Below are positions 1 through 9,879 of a DNA stretch of 64,000 bases, piece after piece. Under the pieces are notes generated by a model. It worked only from the letters and a program-made list of their open reading frames with translations. It was not told where the DNA came from and ran no database searches. The number at the start of each line of letters is the position of its first letter. Positions within the stretch are counted from its first letter, which is position 1. The DNA comes from Alphaproteobacteria bacterium (GTDB lineage: Bacteria; Pseudomonadota; Alphaproteobacteria; GCA-2731375). The position numbers and the translations under genes are program-made. The DNA lies in NCBI GenBank assembly GCA_965232515.1, contig CBDDPY010000002.1:3744001-3808000 (forward strand), written 5' to 3'.

Positions 1-556
1 CGTCATCACCCGCCGCCGCGGCGACGGCAGCAAGGTCGCGTCCGCCGTGGCCGAAGACTCGCCGATCTGGCACTTTCGCTTCGCGCGCCGGCACGACGGC
101 GCGTCCGTCCGGCTGATCGATCATACCGTGCTGCGGATCGACACAACGACCGAGCAGGGCGTTTGGACCCGCTTTCTCGGACCCCGCTCCAGCTATATCC
201 GGATCAAGCGTCGCTTTGCCGAACCGGACTGCCAGCCGATCGGGGCCGAGATGTTTCTCGACCCCGCGCTGGCGCCGGGCCTGTCGCAACTGACGGCGAG
301 CGATCTGGAGATGATCAATATTCGCGCGCACCTCTTCGAGCAGTTCGGCATCGAGACGATCGGCGCCGAGCATCGCGTGCAGACGGCGACCGCGGACGCC
401 GCGACGGCGAGGACCTTCGGCATTGCGCCCGGCGAAGCGGTCTTCGAGATCCACGCCGAGGCGTTCTCGCACGACCACAGGCCGACATACTTTCAGCGCA
501 TCTATGTGCCGACGGCCGACTACGTGCTGCTGTTTCGCAACCTGATCGCGCGCTAA
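1..556 (+). CDS. GntR/HutC-family transcriptional regulator (wHTH wing + UTRA domain), 5'-truncated by window edge
   Basis: Frame 2 from base 2 reads VITRRRGDGSKV (GntR wing) and continues into ORF 47..556 with a UTRA-like C-terminus (AEHRVQTATADAATARTFGIAPGEAVF). Confidence 0.8.
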   Translation, partial: VITRRRGDGSKVASAVAEDSPIWHFRFARRHDGASVRLIDHTVLRIDTTTEQGVWTRFLGPRSSYIRIKRRFAEPDCQPIGAEMFLDPALAPGLSQLTASDLEMINIRAHLFEQFGIETIGAEHRVQTATADAATARTFGIAPGEAVFEIHAEAFSHDHRPTYFQRIYVPTADYVLLFRNLIAR

Positions 557-569
557 CGGCAGAACGCCG

Positions 570-797
570 TCATCCGACGAAGAGGATGATGAAAGCGATG
601 ATCAAGGCAAACAGCGCGATCGCCTCGGTCAGCGCGAAGCCGAGCAGGCCGACGGGCTGCACGACCTCGCCGGCGCCAGGGTTGCGGGCGATAGACGAAA
701 TCCAGTCGGCGAAGATCTTGCCGAGCGCGAGGGCGACGCCGAGCAGTGGAAGCACGGCGAACGAAGCCGCCAGCAGTCGGATGCCATCATCGGTCAT
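570..797 (-). CDS. atpE: F0F1 ATP synthase subunit c (orphan paralog)
   Basis: 75 aa helical hairpin with ARNP loop and GFALTEAIALFAL carrying the essential Glu; AAGGAG RBS upstream. Confidence 0.93.
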   Translation of the reverse strand: MTDDGIRLLAASFAVLPLLGVALALGKIFADWISSIARNPGAGEVVQPVGLLGFALTEAIALFALIIAFIILFVG

Positions 798-851
798 ATC
801 TTGGTCTCCTTTTCATTGACGTAAGCGATGGAGCCGGGGGGCTGGCTTTGG

Positions 852-1616
852 CTAATGCGCATGCAGCGCGTCCCGGATGTAGAGCGATGTGATCAGGATG
901 AAGATGTAGGCCTGGACCAGGAAGATCAGGCACTCGAAGCCGTAGAGCACGATCATCATGATGACCGGCAGGATCGAGACGCCCAATCCGGTCACGCCGA
1001 GCGCTTCCGTCAACATGACGCAGAAGTCCGCGAACAGCTTGATCATGATGTGGCCGGCAAGAATGTTGGCGAAGATCCGAACGCCGAGCGTGATCGGCCG
1101 GAACAGGTACGAGATCACCTCGATAACGACGAGCACGGGCGCGAGATAGAGCGGCGTGCCGGCCGGCAGGAAAAAGCGGAAGAAGCCCGCCCCTTGCGTG
1201 CGTACGGCGAGGATGTTGACGTAGGCGAAGACGGTCAGCGACAGGGCGAGCGTCACCACCAGGTGGCTCGTGAACGTAAACTTGATCGGCGTCAGGCCGA
1301 TCAGGCTGCCGAACAGGATGAAGACGAACAGCGAGAACACGAACGGAATCGCCGAACGGGCTTCCTGCCCGGCGGTCTTGACCACCGTGTTGGCGACGAA
1401 GGAATAGACCGCCTCGACACTTGCCTGCATGCGGCCGGGCACCAGCGCCCGCTCCCGGATACCGTACATCAGGTAGGCGCTGACCAGGATGACCGTGGTG
1501 ATCATCGCCTGCGCCGATGTCGTGAATGACACGTTCGCGCCGAACAGCTCGAGCGGCACCAGCACGTCGATCTCAAACTGCCTTATGGCGTAAGGGGCTT
1601 CCGGTTCGTAAGCCAC
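852..1616 (-). CDS. atpB: F0F1 ATP synthase subunit a (orphan paralog)
   Basis: FRPITLGVRIFANILAGH (essential Arg), LVQAYIFILITSLY, alphaproteobacterial-type N-terminus (QFEI..L..VSFT). GTG at 1616 lies 8 nt after AGGAGAGG; TTG at 1622 is an alternative start. Confidence 0.95.
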   Translation of the reverse strand: MAYEPEAPYAIRQFEIDVLVPLELFGANVSFTTSAQAMITTVILVSAYLMYGIRERALVPGRMQASVEAVYSFVANTVVKTAGQEARSAIPFVFSLFVFILFGSLIGLTPIKFTFTSHLVVTLALSLTVFAYVNILAVRTQGAGFFRFFLPAGTPLYLAPVLVVIEVISYLFRPITLGVRIFANILAGHIMIKLFADFCVMLTEALGVTGLGVSILPVIMMIVLYGFECLIFLVQAYIFILITSLYIRDALHAH

Positions 1617-1626
1617 AAACAAAACC

Positions 1627-1672
1627 TCTCCTGCGCGGCGGGCGTCATGCCCGCCGGCCGACGCGCAGGAGA
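1627..1672 (-). promoter_or_regulatory. GC-rich leader hairpin occluding the atpB Shine-Dalgarno
   Basis: mRNA UCUCCUGCGC-GUCGGCC-GGCGGGC-AUGAC-GCCCGCC-GCGCAGGAGA; the 3' arm contains the SD and is followed by GGUUUUGUUUG. Confidence 0.55.
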
Positions 1673-1748
1673 TGTTGGCTTACCGATAGAATTAAAACGG
1701 CTGAGTTGATCGGCTTTTCCGATCATGGCGCGGCGGGCCCGCCGCCGG

Positions 1749-2669
1749 TCACTGCATGACCGTGACTTCCGGCACCCCGCTCCTCAAGATCCCGCGAACC
1801 AGCGCGGCCAAGGCGGAGAACTCTTCCGTGCGTGCGGAGTGACGCCGCCAGATCATGCCGATCGAGCGGAACGGCGCCCGCGTGCGCAGCGGCAAGGCGA
1901 CGACCTGTTCATCGTTCAACACCTCGGAGCGGACGTAGAGCGCGGGCAGGAATGACAGTCCCATGCCCATGCCCACCATCTGCCGGAGGGTGTCCAGGCT
2001 GGTGCCCTCATAGTCGAGCGAGAGCCTGGCGCCGAACTGATTACAGAGATCGCGGACCTGATCGTGCAAGCGATGACCCTGTTCCAGCGACAGCACGGTC
2101 TCGCCTTCCAGGTCGGAGCGGTCGACATGCTTACGCTTGGCCAGGCGGTGATCGCGGGGCACCACCACCCACAGCGGCTCGCGGAACAGCGGCACGCTTT
2201 CGAGGTCGGCGCCCTTCACCGGCGCCGGAAACAGCAGCAGATCGAGATTCCCCTCGTCGAGGCCGGTGAGCAGCATGCGCGGCATGGCCTCGCGCACGTA
2301 GAGCCTGAGGTTGGGATAGGTTTGCCGCAGTTCCGGCAGGATATGCGGCAGCAGATACGGCCCCAACGAATGCAGGATACCAAGCCGTATCGTCCCGCCC
2401 AGCAAGGTCTGATCGTGCTTGGCCAGCGCCACAATGTCCTGCACGTCCCGCAGGATGACCCGCGCGCGCGTCGCGATCTCACCGCCGATGGGGGTCAGGA
2501 TAACCCGCGCCCGGCTGCGCTCGACCAGCTGCACGCCGAGCTTCTTCTCGAGCTCGCTGAGCTGCCCGCTCAGAGTCGGCTGGGTGACGTGGCTGATCTC
2601 CGCGGCGCGGCGGAAATGCAATGTGTCGGCAATGGCAACCAGATAACGCAGTTGCTGCAACGTCGGCAT
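1749..2669 (-). CDS. OxyR-like LysR-family regulator lacking the peroxidatic Cys
   Basis: MPTLQQLRYL...HFRRAAE...VTQPTLSGQ HTH; LEQGHRLHDQVRDLC aligns with the OxyR LEDGHCLRDQAMGFC motif; GTSLDTLRQMV. ATG at 2669 follows AAGGAG. Confidence 0.88.
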   Translation of the reverse strand: MPTLQQLRYLVAIADTLHFRRAAEISHVTQPTLSGQLSELEKKLGVQLVERSRARVILTPIGGEIATRARVILRDVQDIVALAKHDQTLLGGTIRLGILHSLGPYLLPHILPELRQTYPNLRLYVREAMPRMLLTGLDEGNLDLLLFPAPVKGADLESVPLFREPLWVVVPRDHRLAKRKHVDRSDLEGETVLSLEQGHRLHDQVRDLCNQFGARLSLDYEGTSLDTLRQMVGMGMGLSFLPALYVRSEVLNDEQVVALPLRTRAPFRSIGMIWRRHSARTEEFSALAALVRGILRSGVPEVTVMQ

Positions 2670-2851
2670 GTTCAGACCCCACTCCTTGTCAAAACGCTTT
2701 CGAAAGGCGAAGCCTATCGAAACTTGTCTTAACTTCGATTGGTTCGATGAGATTTTCAAGCGCATATCTGCGGAGCATTGGCCAGGACGCCGATGCGGTC
2801 CGGCTCGGCTGGGCCGGATTACCCTCTGGCGACGCGGAGCAGACGGACGGT

Positions 2852-3820
2852 ATGAAGCGTTTCAAGAACATTCTCATGGTCTGCGACGACCAGGGCCTGC
2901 ACGACGCGATGATCGGCCGCGCCATCTGGCTGGCCAAGGCCAACGACGCCCGGATCACACTGGTCGATATCGTCGACGCTGCGCCCGGCGACCTGACGCG
3001 AAAGTTCGCCGCCCTGCCGGGCTCAAGGTCATATGATTTCGAATACGAGGTGCTGGAGCTGCACCGCGCGCGGTTGAGCGAGATCGGCGGCGCCTTTCGA
3101 GCGGAAAAGATCGATACGACGGAGCTGGTGCTGCAAGGCACGCCGTTCATCGAGATCATCAAGCAGGTCCTGCGCGCGGAGCACGACCTTGTTTTCAAAG
3201 GCGTGGATCAGCCGTCCGACACGAACAGCTTTTTCTTCTCCAGCACCCACTTGCATCTGCTGCGCAAGTGCCCCTGCCCGGTCTGGGTCATCAAGAAGAG
3301 CCGTCGCCGTCAATACGCCCGGGTGCTGGCCGCCGTCGATCCGGATCCGGCGGACCCCGGCCGCAACGCGCTCAACCGGCTGATCATGGACCTGTCGACC
3401 TCGCTCTCGGCGCTGGACGGCAGCGAACTGCATGTGCTGAACGCCTGGGGCTTCGGCGAAGAGACGACGCTGCGTCACAGCGCATTCCTCAAGATTCCCG
3501 AGGAGGATCTCGACATCCTCATCGAGGAGGAGCGGAAGCGAAGCGCCGAGAGGTTGGATCAGCTGTTGCTGAACTATCCTGGCGACAAATCCGGGTCTGG
3601 CCCGGACCGCCAGATTCACCTGATCAAGGGCAACGCGCCGGAGGTGATACCTGAATTCGCGCGGAAGCGGCGGGTGGAGCTGATCGTCATGGGCACGGTC
3701 GCCCGCACCGGCATCAGCGGGCTGTTCATCGGCAACACGGCGGAGTCCATCCTCAGCCAGATCGAATGCTCGATCCTCGCCGTCAAGCCGCCGGGCTTCG
3801 AAACACCGGTGAAGTTGTAG
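2852..3820 (+). CDS. uspE: Universal stress protein, tandem USP domains (UspE-like)
   Basis: MKRFKNILMV; HLLRKCPCPVW; LIVMGTVARTGISGLFIGNTAESIL..CSILAVKP. Confidence 0.88.
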   Translation: MKRFKNILMVCDDQGLHDAMIGRAIWLAKANDARITLVDIVDAAPGDLTRKFAALPGSRSYDFEYEVLELHRARLSEIGGAFRAEKIDTTELVLQGTPFIEIIKQVLRAEHDLVFKGVDQPSDTNSFFFSSTHLHLLRKCPCPVWVIKKSRRRQYARVLAAVDPDPADPGRNALNRLIMDLSTSLSALDGSELHVLNAWGFGEETTLRHSAFLKIPEEDLDILIEEERKRSAERLDQLLLNYPGDKSGSGPDRQIHLIKGNAPEVIPEFARKRRVELIVMGTVARTGISGLFIGNTAESILSQIECSILAVKPPGFETPVKL

Positions 3821-3847
3821 GCGCGCGTTCGCGACGCGCTGCGGGGT

Positions 3848-4033
3848 TCACTCGGCGCGTTGCAGCACGCGCTCGCGACGCCAGAAGACCTGCGCCACAT
3901 AGGCTTCGGCCGAGTCGTGTCCGAACCGCGCCAGGCAATCATGGTAAACGGCTTCGGCCCGACCAACGGCACACATTTCCATGTCCGACTTGCCCTGCGC
4001 GTCGCGCACCCGTCCCAACTTGGTTTCCGACAT
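3848..4033 (-). CDS. Small hypothetical protein (61 aa)
   Basis: Clear GGAGG RBS 9 nt before the ATG; fills an otherwise empty gap and diverges from the DUF465 gene across an AT-rich promoter region. Confidence 0.55.
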   Translation of the reverse strand: MSETKLGRVRDAQGKSDMEMCAVGRAEAVYHDCLARFGHDSAEAYVAQVFWRRERVLQRAE

Positions 4034-4144
4034 CGGCCGTCCCTCCAGCTATCAGTGCGGCCTTGCAGCCGCGACGCCTTCCCCTTAGCAATCAATTTGG
4101 CGGCACCGGCCGGCCGCGGCCAATCGATCCGCAGGCGTAAGTTC

Positions 4145-4260
4145 ATCGAATCCCGCAATCAACCGCCGCGCCCATCAAATCGATTGACCATGACGATCCC
4201 ATATCAACTTTTTGATAGAAACAAACAATCAATACTTTGAAGAAAATCGACTAGGACAAT
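4145..4260. promoter_or_regulatory. Four LysR/OxyR-type boxes ATNG-N7-CNAT in a divergent promoter region
   Basis: ATCG-aatcccg-CAAT (4145), ATTG-accatga-CGAT (4183), ATAG-aaacaaa-CAAT (4215), ATCG-actagga-CAAT (4246). Confidence 0.65.
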
Positions 4261-4343
4261 CGGCCGCGAGCAGCCACATCCAAGCCAGTCAGCCAATCGG
4301 AATTCGGCAGACGTATCGGGACCGAGCAGGAGGAAATGGGCCA

Positions 4344-4562
4344 ATGGACATCGAAAACCGCTACGACGCGCTGATCGAGCGGCACTGCAGACTGGAAACC
4401 AAAATCGCTGCCGAACAAAAAAGGCCCCTGCCCGACGCGCTCCTGTTGCAACGGTTGAAGCGCGAGAAGCTGCTGCTGAAAGACGAGATCGAGTCGTGGG
4501 AACGGTTGTTGGCGGCGATTAAGGTCCGGCCGGTCTTCCGGGCCGGCGCGCCGCACGCCTGA
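4344..4562 (+). CDS. DUF465/YdcH-family small protein
   Basis: LIERHCRLETKIAAEQKRPLPDALLLQRLKREKLLLKDEI signature; AGGAGG RBS. Confidence 0.85.
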   Translation: MDIENRYDALIERHCRLETKIAAEQKRPLPDALLLQRLKREKLLLKDEIESWERLLAAIKVRPVFRAGAPHA

Positions 4563-4665
4563 TCCGTAGGAGACGGTGTTCAGGGGGCGGTACGGAATTC
4601 AATTGCATCGGATGGTGGGAAAGGGGACTTGATCCGACGTCACTGATAAACATGTCTACGCATGG

Positions 4666-4698
4666 CGGCCCCAGCCTCGCGGTGGGGCCGTTTTTCTT
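4666..4698 (+). terminator. Intrinsic terminator between the DUF465 gene and mrpA
   Basis: CGGCCCCA-gcctcgcgg-TGGGGCCG followed by TTTTTCTT. Confidence 0.8.
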
Positions 4699-4822
4699 CG
4701 GCTGGTCCGCCTCTGCGATAGACCGCGTGTCCGGCCAGCGTTATCAGATCCGCCCGTCGATCGAATTCAGCCCGTGGTCGACGAACCACCAACAATCAAC
4801 CGAATAAGGAACCGGAAGCGGA

Positions 4823-7120
4823 ATGAACAGGTCGGCGTCGCGGGGGGATCAGCAAGCGGACGGCACTTACGGCGAGAGCGGCAAAAGCAGAGCCGGTTTC
4901 GGCTGGCTGCCGGCGTTGCTGCCTGCCGCGTTCGCAGTGCTTTTCGCAACCGCCCTGCCGACCATCGCCGATGGCGACCCTATTCGGCTCGCTTACAACT
5001 GGGTGCCAAGTCTCGGCATCAATTTCTCCCTGCTACTCGATGGCCTGAGCCTGGCCTTCGCGCTGCTGATCAGCGGCATCGGTTTCTTCGTCACGCTCTA
5101 TGCGCGAACCTATCTCGCCGGCCATCCGCATCTCGGCCGGTTCACGCTCTACCTGCTCGCGTTCATGGTCGCGATGCTCGGCCTGGTGCTGGCCGACAAC
5201 CTGATTACGCTGTTCGTGTTCTGGGAGCTCACCACCCTCACCTCCTACTTCCTGATCGGCTTCAATCATGCCTCGGCCGACTCCCGCCGGTCGGCGCTGC
5301 AGGCGCTGTTGCTGACCGGCGCAGGCGGGCTGGCATTGCTGGCCGGTCTCATCCTGTTGGGCAACGTCGCCGGCAGCTTCGAGCTCTCCGAGATCCTCGC
5401 CCAGGGCGACCTGATCCGCGGCCACGACCTCTACCTGCCGATCCTGATCCTGGTGCTGCTGGGCGCGTTCACCAAATCGGCGCAGGTGCCGTTCCATTTC
5501 TGGCTGCCCAACGCCATGGCCGCCCCGACACCGGTCAGCGCCTATCTGCACTCGGCAACCATGGTGAAGGCCGGCATTTACCTGCTCGCCCGCATGCACC
5601 CGGCGCTCAGCGGCACGGAGGTCTGGATCTGGTCGCTCACCATCTTCGGCGCGGTGACGGCGCTGGCAGCCTCCGTGATCGCGCTACGACAGACGGACCT
5701 GAAACTGGCGCTCGCTTATACGACCGTCATGGCGCTCGGCACGCTGACCATGTTTCTGGGCGCCGAGGCGACGGTGGCGATCGCCGCCGCGATGACCTTC
5801 CTGGTCGTGCATTCGCTCTACAAGGCGTCTCTGTTCCTGATCGTCGGCATCCTCGACCACCAGGCCGGCAGCCGGGACGCCGAACGCTTGCGTGGCCTCG
5901 CCCGCGCCATGCCGATCACCGCAGCCGCGGCCGCCGCGGCCGCGCTGTCCATGGCCGGCTTTCCGCCGTTCCTGGGCTTCATCGGCAAGGAGCTGAAATA
6001 CGAAGGGGCGCTGGCCATCGCATCGGAACCGGCATTCGTCGCCACGGCGGCGGTGCTGGCCAATGCCCTGATGGTGGCGGTCGCCGGCATCGTCGCGCTG
6101 CGGCCGTTCTACGGCAGGCGGATTACGGCGGCCAAGACACCGCACGAGGCGCCCGTCGCGCTGTGGATCGGTCCCGTCGTACTGGCGAGTCTCGGCCTGA
6201 TCTTCGGCCTCGCGCCCTCGCTGATCGCCGACAGCCTGATCCAGCCCGCCGTGACCGCGATCCTCGGCCGGCCGGAGACCGTCAAGCTGGCGCTCTGGCA
6301 CGGCATCAACCTGCCGCTCGCCCTCAGTCTGCTCACCTTCTCCATCGGCCTGACGGTCTATGTCGTCCACGAGCGTCTTCGCCGCCTGCTGATCCGCGTC
6401 GAGGCAGGACTGCCGGCCACGGCCGATCAGGTCTGGGACCGGTTGCTCGACGGCCTGAAGGCGGTGGCCGCGGTACAGACGCGCGTCCTGCAGGGCGGCC
6501 TGTTGCGGCGCTATATGTTCATCGTCTTCGCCAGCGTCGCCGTCGCCGTCGGCGTCACGCTCGCCGCGACCGAGGCGGTGCGCCTGCCGGCCGAATGGCC
6601 CGAGCTGCTGTTCAAGCACTGGGCCTCGGTCGCGCTGATCGCGTCTGGCGCCATCATGACGGCGCTCTCCAAGACACGGCTTGCCGCGATTTGCGCGCTG
6701 GGCGTCGTCGGTGTCGGTGTGGCCTTGCTGTTCGTGATGTTCGGCGCGCCGGACCTCGCCATCACCCAGTTGCTGGTCGAGACCCTTGTGGTGGTGCTGG
6801 TCGGCGTGGTGATGCTCAGATTGCCCGGCCTCGATCAAGGCGCCCGCCCGGGGCGCGGCGCCGATGCGCTGCTGTCGGTCGCCGTCGGCGCGGTGGTCGC
6901 GCTGACGCTGCTGGCGGTCGTCGCCAGCCCCATCGACCGCTCGATCACCGACTATTTCGAAACGGCGAGCGTCGCCGAGGCGTTCGGGCGGAACATCGTC
7001 AACGTTATCCTGGTTGACTTCCGCGCCCTCGACACGTTCGGCGAGGTGGCCGTCGTCGCGGTCGCCGCAATCGGCGCCTACGCCCTGATCCGCGGCACGC
7101 GGCGGCGGGAACAGCCATGA
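4823..7120 (+). CDS. mrpA: Mrp Na+/H+ antiporter subunit A
   Basis: [38 protein letters not shown]; [20 protein letters not shown]. Confidence 0.96.
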   Translation: MNRSASRGDQQADGTYGESGKSRAGFGWLPALLPAAFAVLFATALPTIADGDPIRLAYNWVPSLGINFSLLLDGLSLAFALLISGIGFFVTLYARTYLAGHPHLGRFTLYLLAFMVAMLGLVLADNLITLFVFWELTTLTSYFLIGFNHASADSRRSALQALLLTGAGGLALLAGLILLGNVAGSFELSEILAQGDLIRGHDLYLPILILVLLGAFTKSAQVPFHFWLPNAMAAPTPVSAYLHSATMVKAGIYLLARMHPALSGTEVWIWSLTIFGAVTALAASVIALRQTDLKLALAYTTVMALGTLTMFLGAEATVAIAAAMTFLVVHSLYKASLFLIVGILDHQAGSRDAERLRGLARAMPITAAAAAAAALSMAGFPPFLGFIGKELKYEGALAIASEPAFVATAAVLANALMVAVAGIVALRPFYGRRITAAKTPHEAPVALWIGPVVLASLGLIFGLAPSLIADSLIQPAVTAILGRPETVKLALWHGINLPLALSLLTFSIGLTVYVVHERLRRLLIRVEAGLPATADQVWDRLLDGLKAVAAVQTRVLQGGLLRRYMFIVFASVAVAVGVTLAATEAVRLPAEWPELLFKHWASVALIASGAIMTALSKTRLAAICALGVVGVGVALLFVMFGAPDLAITQLLVETLVVVLVGVVMLRLPGLDQGARPGRGADALLSVAVGAVVALTLLAVVASPIDRSITDYFETASVAEAFGRNIVNVILVDFRALDTFGEVAVVAVAAIGAYALIRGTRRREQP

Positions 7121-7536
7121 ACTCGCTGATCCTGAGCACGGCGACCCGGCTTCTGGTGGCGCTGATGCTGCTGTTTTCGGTCTATATGCTGCTGCGCGGC
7201 CACAACGATCCGGGCGGCGGTTTCATCGGCGGACTGCTCGCCGGCATCGGCTTCGCGCTTTACGCCATCGCGCACGGCACCGCCGCAGCGCGCCGCGCCC
7301 TGCGCTTCGAGCCGCAGGCCATCGCCATGGTCGGCCTCGGCATCGCCTTGCTGGCGGGACTGTGGGCCGCCGTATTCGGCGACCCGCTGTTCACCGGGCA
7401 GTGGTGGTTCGTCGGCGCCAGCGACGACGACAAGGGGCTGCCGATCAGCTCGGTCCTGGTGTTCGACATCGGCGTCTATCTGGTCGTCGTCGGCGCCGTG
7501 CTGACGCTAGTCCTGGGTCTGGAAGAGGAGGTCTGA
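7117..7536 (+). CDS. mrpB: Mrp antiporter subunit B
   Basis: [16 protein letters not shown]; [11 protein letters not shown]; ATGA overlap with mrpA. Confidence 0.95.
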   Translation: MNSLILSTATRLLVALMLLFSVYMLLRGHNDPGGGFIGGLLAGIGFALYAIAHGTAAARRALRFEPQAIAMVGLGIALLAGLWAAVFGDPLFTGQWWFVGASDDDKGLPISSVLVFDIGVYLVVVGAVLTLVLGLEEEV

Positions 7537-7538
7537 TC

Positions 7539-7910
7539 GTGGAGGCCGTGCTCGCGCTCCTGATCGGCGTCCTGGTGGCCGCCAGCGTCTACCTGATGTT
7601 GGCGCGCAACGTGATGCGCTTCCTGTTCGGCCTGGTGCTGCTCGGCAATGCGGCCAACCTGACCATCTTTGTGGCCGGACGCCTGACGCCGGAAGCCCCG
7701 CCCCTGGTGCCGGACGGCCTGACCGTGCCGCCCGAGCAGGTGGCGAACGCCCTGCCGCAGGCCCTGGTGCTGACCGCCATCGTGATCGGCTTCGGCCTGC
7801 TCGCCTTTACGCTGGTGCTGGTCTATCGCGGCTATCAGACGCTCGGCACGCTCGACAGCGACGCCATGCGCGTCGCCGAGCCGGTCGAAACCGACGGCGG
7901 CAAGCCATGA
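7539..7910 (+). CDS. mrpC: Mrp antiporter subunit C
   Basis: GTG start at 7539; [18 protein letters not shown] motif. Confidence 0.93.
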   Translation: MEAVLALLIGVLVAASVYLMLARNVMRFLFGLVLLGNAANLTIFVAGRLTPEAPPLVPDGLTVPPEQVANALPQALVLTAIVIGFGLLAFTLVLVYRGYQTLGTLDSDAMRVAEPVETDGGKP

Positions 7911-9409
7911 ACTGGCTGCTCGCCCTGCCGATCGTGCTGCCGTTCGTGACGGCGGTGCCGGCGTTTCTGTTGCGGGACAGGGGCGCTGCCGGACGCTGGA
8001 TCAGCCTCGGCGGCTGCGTTCTGCTGCTGCTCGCATCGGCGGCACTGATGGCCGCGGTCTGGCGCGAGGGCGTCATCGCCGCGCAGATGGGGGACTGGCC
8101 GGCGCCGTTCGGAATCACCCTGGTCGCCGATCTGTTGAGCGCCGTCATGGTGGTGATCACCGCGATCACCGGCCTCGCCGTCGCCGCCTATGCGCTCGCC
8201 GACATCGATTCGCGTCGGGAGTCGCTGGGCTATCATGCCCTATTCCAGATCCTGCTGGCCGGCGTCTGCGGCGCGTTCCTCACCGGCGACATCTTCAATC
8301 TCTATGTCTGGTTCGAGGTGATGCTGATCGCCTCGTTCGGCCTGCTGGTGCTGGGCGGCGACAAGGCGCAGCTCGACGGCGGCATCAAATACGTCACCCT
8401 GAACCTGGTCTCGACGGCGCTATTCCTCGCCGGCATCGGCCTGCTCTACGGCATGACCGGCACGCTGAACATGGCCGACCTGCACCTCGCCGTGCGCGAG
8501 GTCGAGAATACCGGCCTGCTGACTGTTGTGGCCGTCCTGTTCATCGTCGCCTTCGGCGTCAAGGCCGCAGTGTTTCCGCTGTTCTTCTGGCTGCCGGCTT
8601 CCTATCACACGCCACCGGTCGCGGTGTCGGCCGTCTTCGCCGGTCTGCTGACCAAGGTCGGCGTCTATGCGCTGATCCGCACCTTCACACTGATCTTCAC
8701 GCACGACACCGGCTATACGCACGGCCTGCTGCTGATCATTGCCGGTCTGACCATGGTCACCGGCGTGCTCGGCGCCGCGGCGCAGAACGAATTCCGCAAG
8801 ATCCTGTCGTTCCACATCGTCAGCCAGATCGGCTACATGGTGCTGGGCTTGGCGCTCTACACGCCGCTGGCGCTGGTCGGCGCGGTGTTCTATCTGGTCC
8901 ACCACATCATCGTGAAAGCGAACCTGTTCCTGGTGTCGGGCATCTCCAAACGGCTGACAGGATCGTTCGAGCTGTCGCAGATCGGCGGGCTCTACAAGTC
9001 GAGCCCCGTGCTCGCGATCCTGTTCCTGGTGCCGGCCTTCTCGCTGGCCGGCTTCCCGCCATTGTCCGGTTTCTGGGCCAAGTTCCTGCTGGTCAAGGCG
9101 AGCCTCGATATCGAGGCCTATCTGATCGCGGCGACGGCTTTGGTCGTCGGTATCCTGACCGTGTTCTCCATGACCAAGATCTGGGCCGAGGCGTTCTGGA
9201 AACCGCATCCCGCTGGCACCGCGCCGGTGCTTGCCGCCGTCGCCCCAGCCGAGCGCTACGCCCTGCTGGCGCCCGTCGTGGCGCTCGCCGGCCTCACCGT
9301 CGTGATCGGCCTCTACCCGGAACCGTTCGTGGGCTTCGCGGAGCGCTCGGCCGCTCAGTTGCTGGATCCCGCGCGCTACGTCGCGGCCGTGCTGGGCAGG
9401 ACGCCATGA
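7907..9409 (+). CDS. mrpD: Mrp antiporter subunit D
   Basis: [21 protein letters not shown]; [15 protein letters not shown]; [10 protein letters not shown]. Confidence 0.95.
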   Translation: MNWLLALPIVLPFVTAVPAFLLRDRGAAGRWISLGGCVLLLLASAALMAAVWREGVIAAQMGDWPAPFGITLVADLLSAVMVVITAITGLAVAAYALADIDSRRESLGYHALFQILLAGVCGAFLTGDIFNLYVWFEVMLIASFGLLVLGGDKAQLDGGIKYVTLNLVSTALFLAGIGLLYGMTGTLNMADLHLAVREVENTGLLTVVAVLFIVAFGVKAAVFPLFFWLPASYHTPPVAVSAVFAGLLTKVGVYALIRTFTLIFTHDTGYTHGLLLIIAGLTMVTGVLGAAAQNEFRKILSFHIVSQIGYMVLGLALYTPLALVGAVFYLVHHIIVKANLFLVSGISKRLTGSFELSQIGGLYKSSPVLAILFLVPAFSLAGFPPLSGFWAKFLLVKASLDIEAYLIAATALVVGILTVFSMTKIWAEAFWKPHPAGTAPVLAAVAPAERYALLAPVVALAGLTVVIGLYPEPFVGFAERSAAQLLDPARYVAAVLGRTP

Positions 9410-9879
9410 ACATCTTCGTTCTGAACGCCTTTCTGGCCGTCAGCTGGGCGGCGCTGATCGGCAGCTTTTCGGCGACCAACCTGCTGCTCGGCTACGGCAT
9501 CGGCTATCTCGCGCTCTGGATCGCGCGCCCGTTGTTCGGCGAGAGCAGCTATTTCGAGCGAGTCTGGCGCGTCCTGCGTCTTGCCGCCCTCTTCATCTAT
9601 GAACTGATCGTCTCCAGCCTGCGCGTGGTCTGGGACGTGCTGACGCCGACGCATCTGAGCCGCCCCGGCATCATCGCTCTACCGCTGGACGTAACCCGCG
9701 ACGACGAGATCCTGCTGGTCGCCAACCTGATCTCGTTGACGCCGGGCTCGTTGAGCCTCGACCTGTCCGCCGACCGGAAAACGCTCTACGTGCACGCCAT
9801 GTTCGTCGACGACCCAGAAAAAATCCGGCGCGAGCTGAAGATGGGCATGGAGCGCCGGGTGCTGGAGGCGCTGGAATGA
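9406..9879 (+). CDS. mrpE: Mrp antiporter subunit E
   Basis: [21 protein letters not shown]. Confidence 0.94.
   Translation: MNIFVLNAFLAVSWAALIGSFSATNLLLGYGIGYLALWIARPLFGESSYFERVWRVLRLAALFIYELIVSSLRVVWDVLTPTHLSRPGIIALPLDVTRDDEILLVANLISLTPGSLSLDLSADRKTLYVHAMFVDDPEKIRRELKMGMERRVLEALE

Noticed and set aside
570-1622. N-ATPase or Na+-coupled ATP synthase operon
   Set aside because: No atpD/C/Q/R/F/A/G genes are adjacent, and the c subunit lacks the Na+-binding signature.
1749-2669. Canonical oxyR
   Set aside because: It lacks the peroxidatic Cys and has no katG/ahpC/dps neighbours.
4701-4822. OxyR-like box upstream of mrpA
   Set aside because: Scattered ATNG/CNAT tetramers are present but none with N7 spacing, so direct control of mrp by the LysR is not shown by sequence.
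4774-7017. 747-aa alternative-frame ORF over mrpA (and similar long ORFs at 21995-23872, 35153-37396, 44550-46505, 53030-54781)
   Set aside because: These are Arg/Pro/Ala-rich or antisense shadow ORFs typical of high-GC DNA, fully overlapping genes with clear family motifs.
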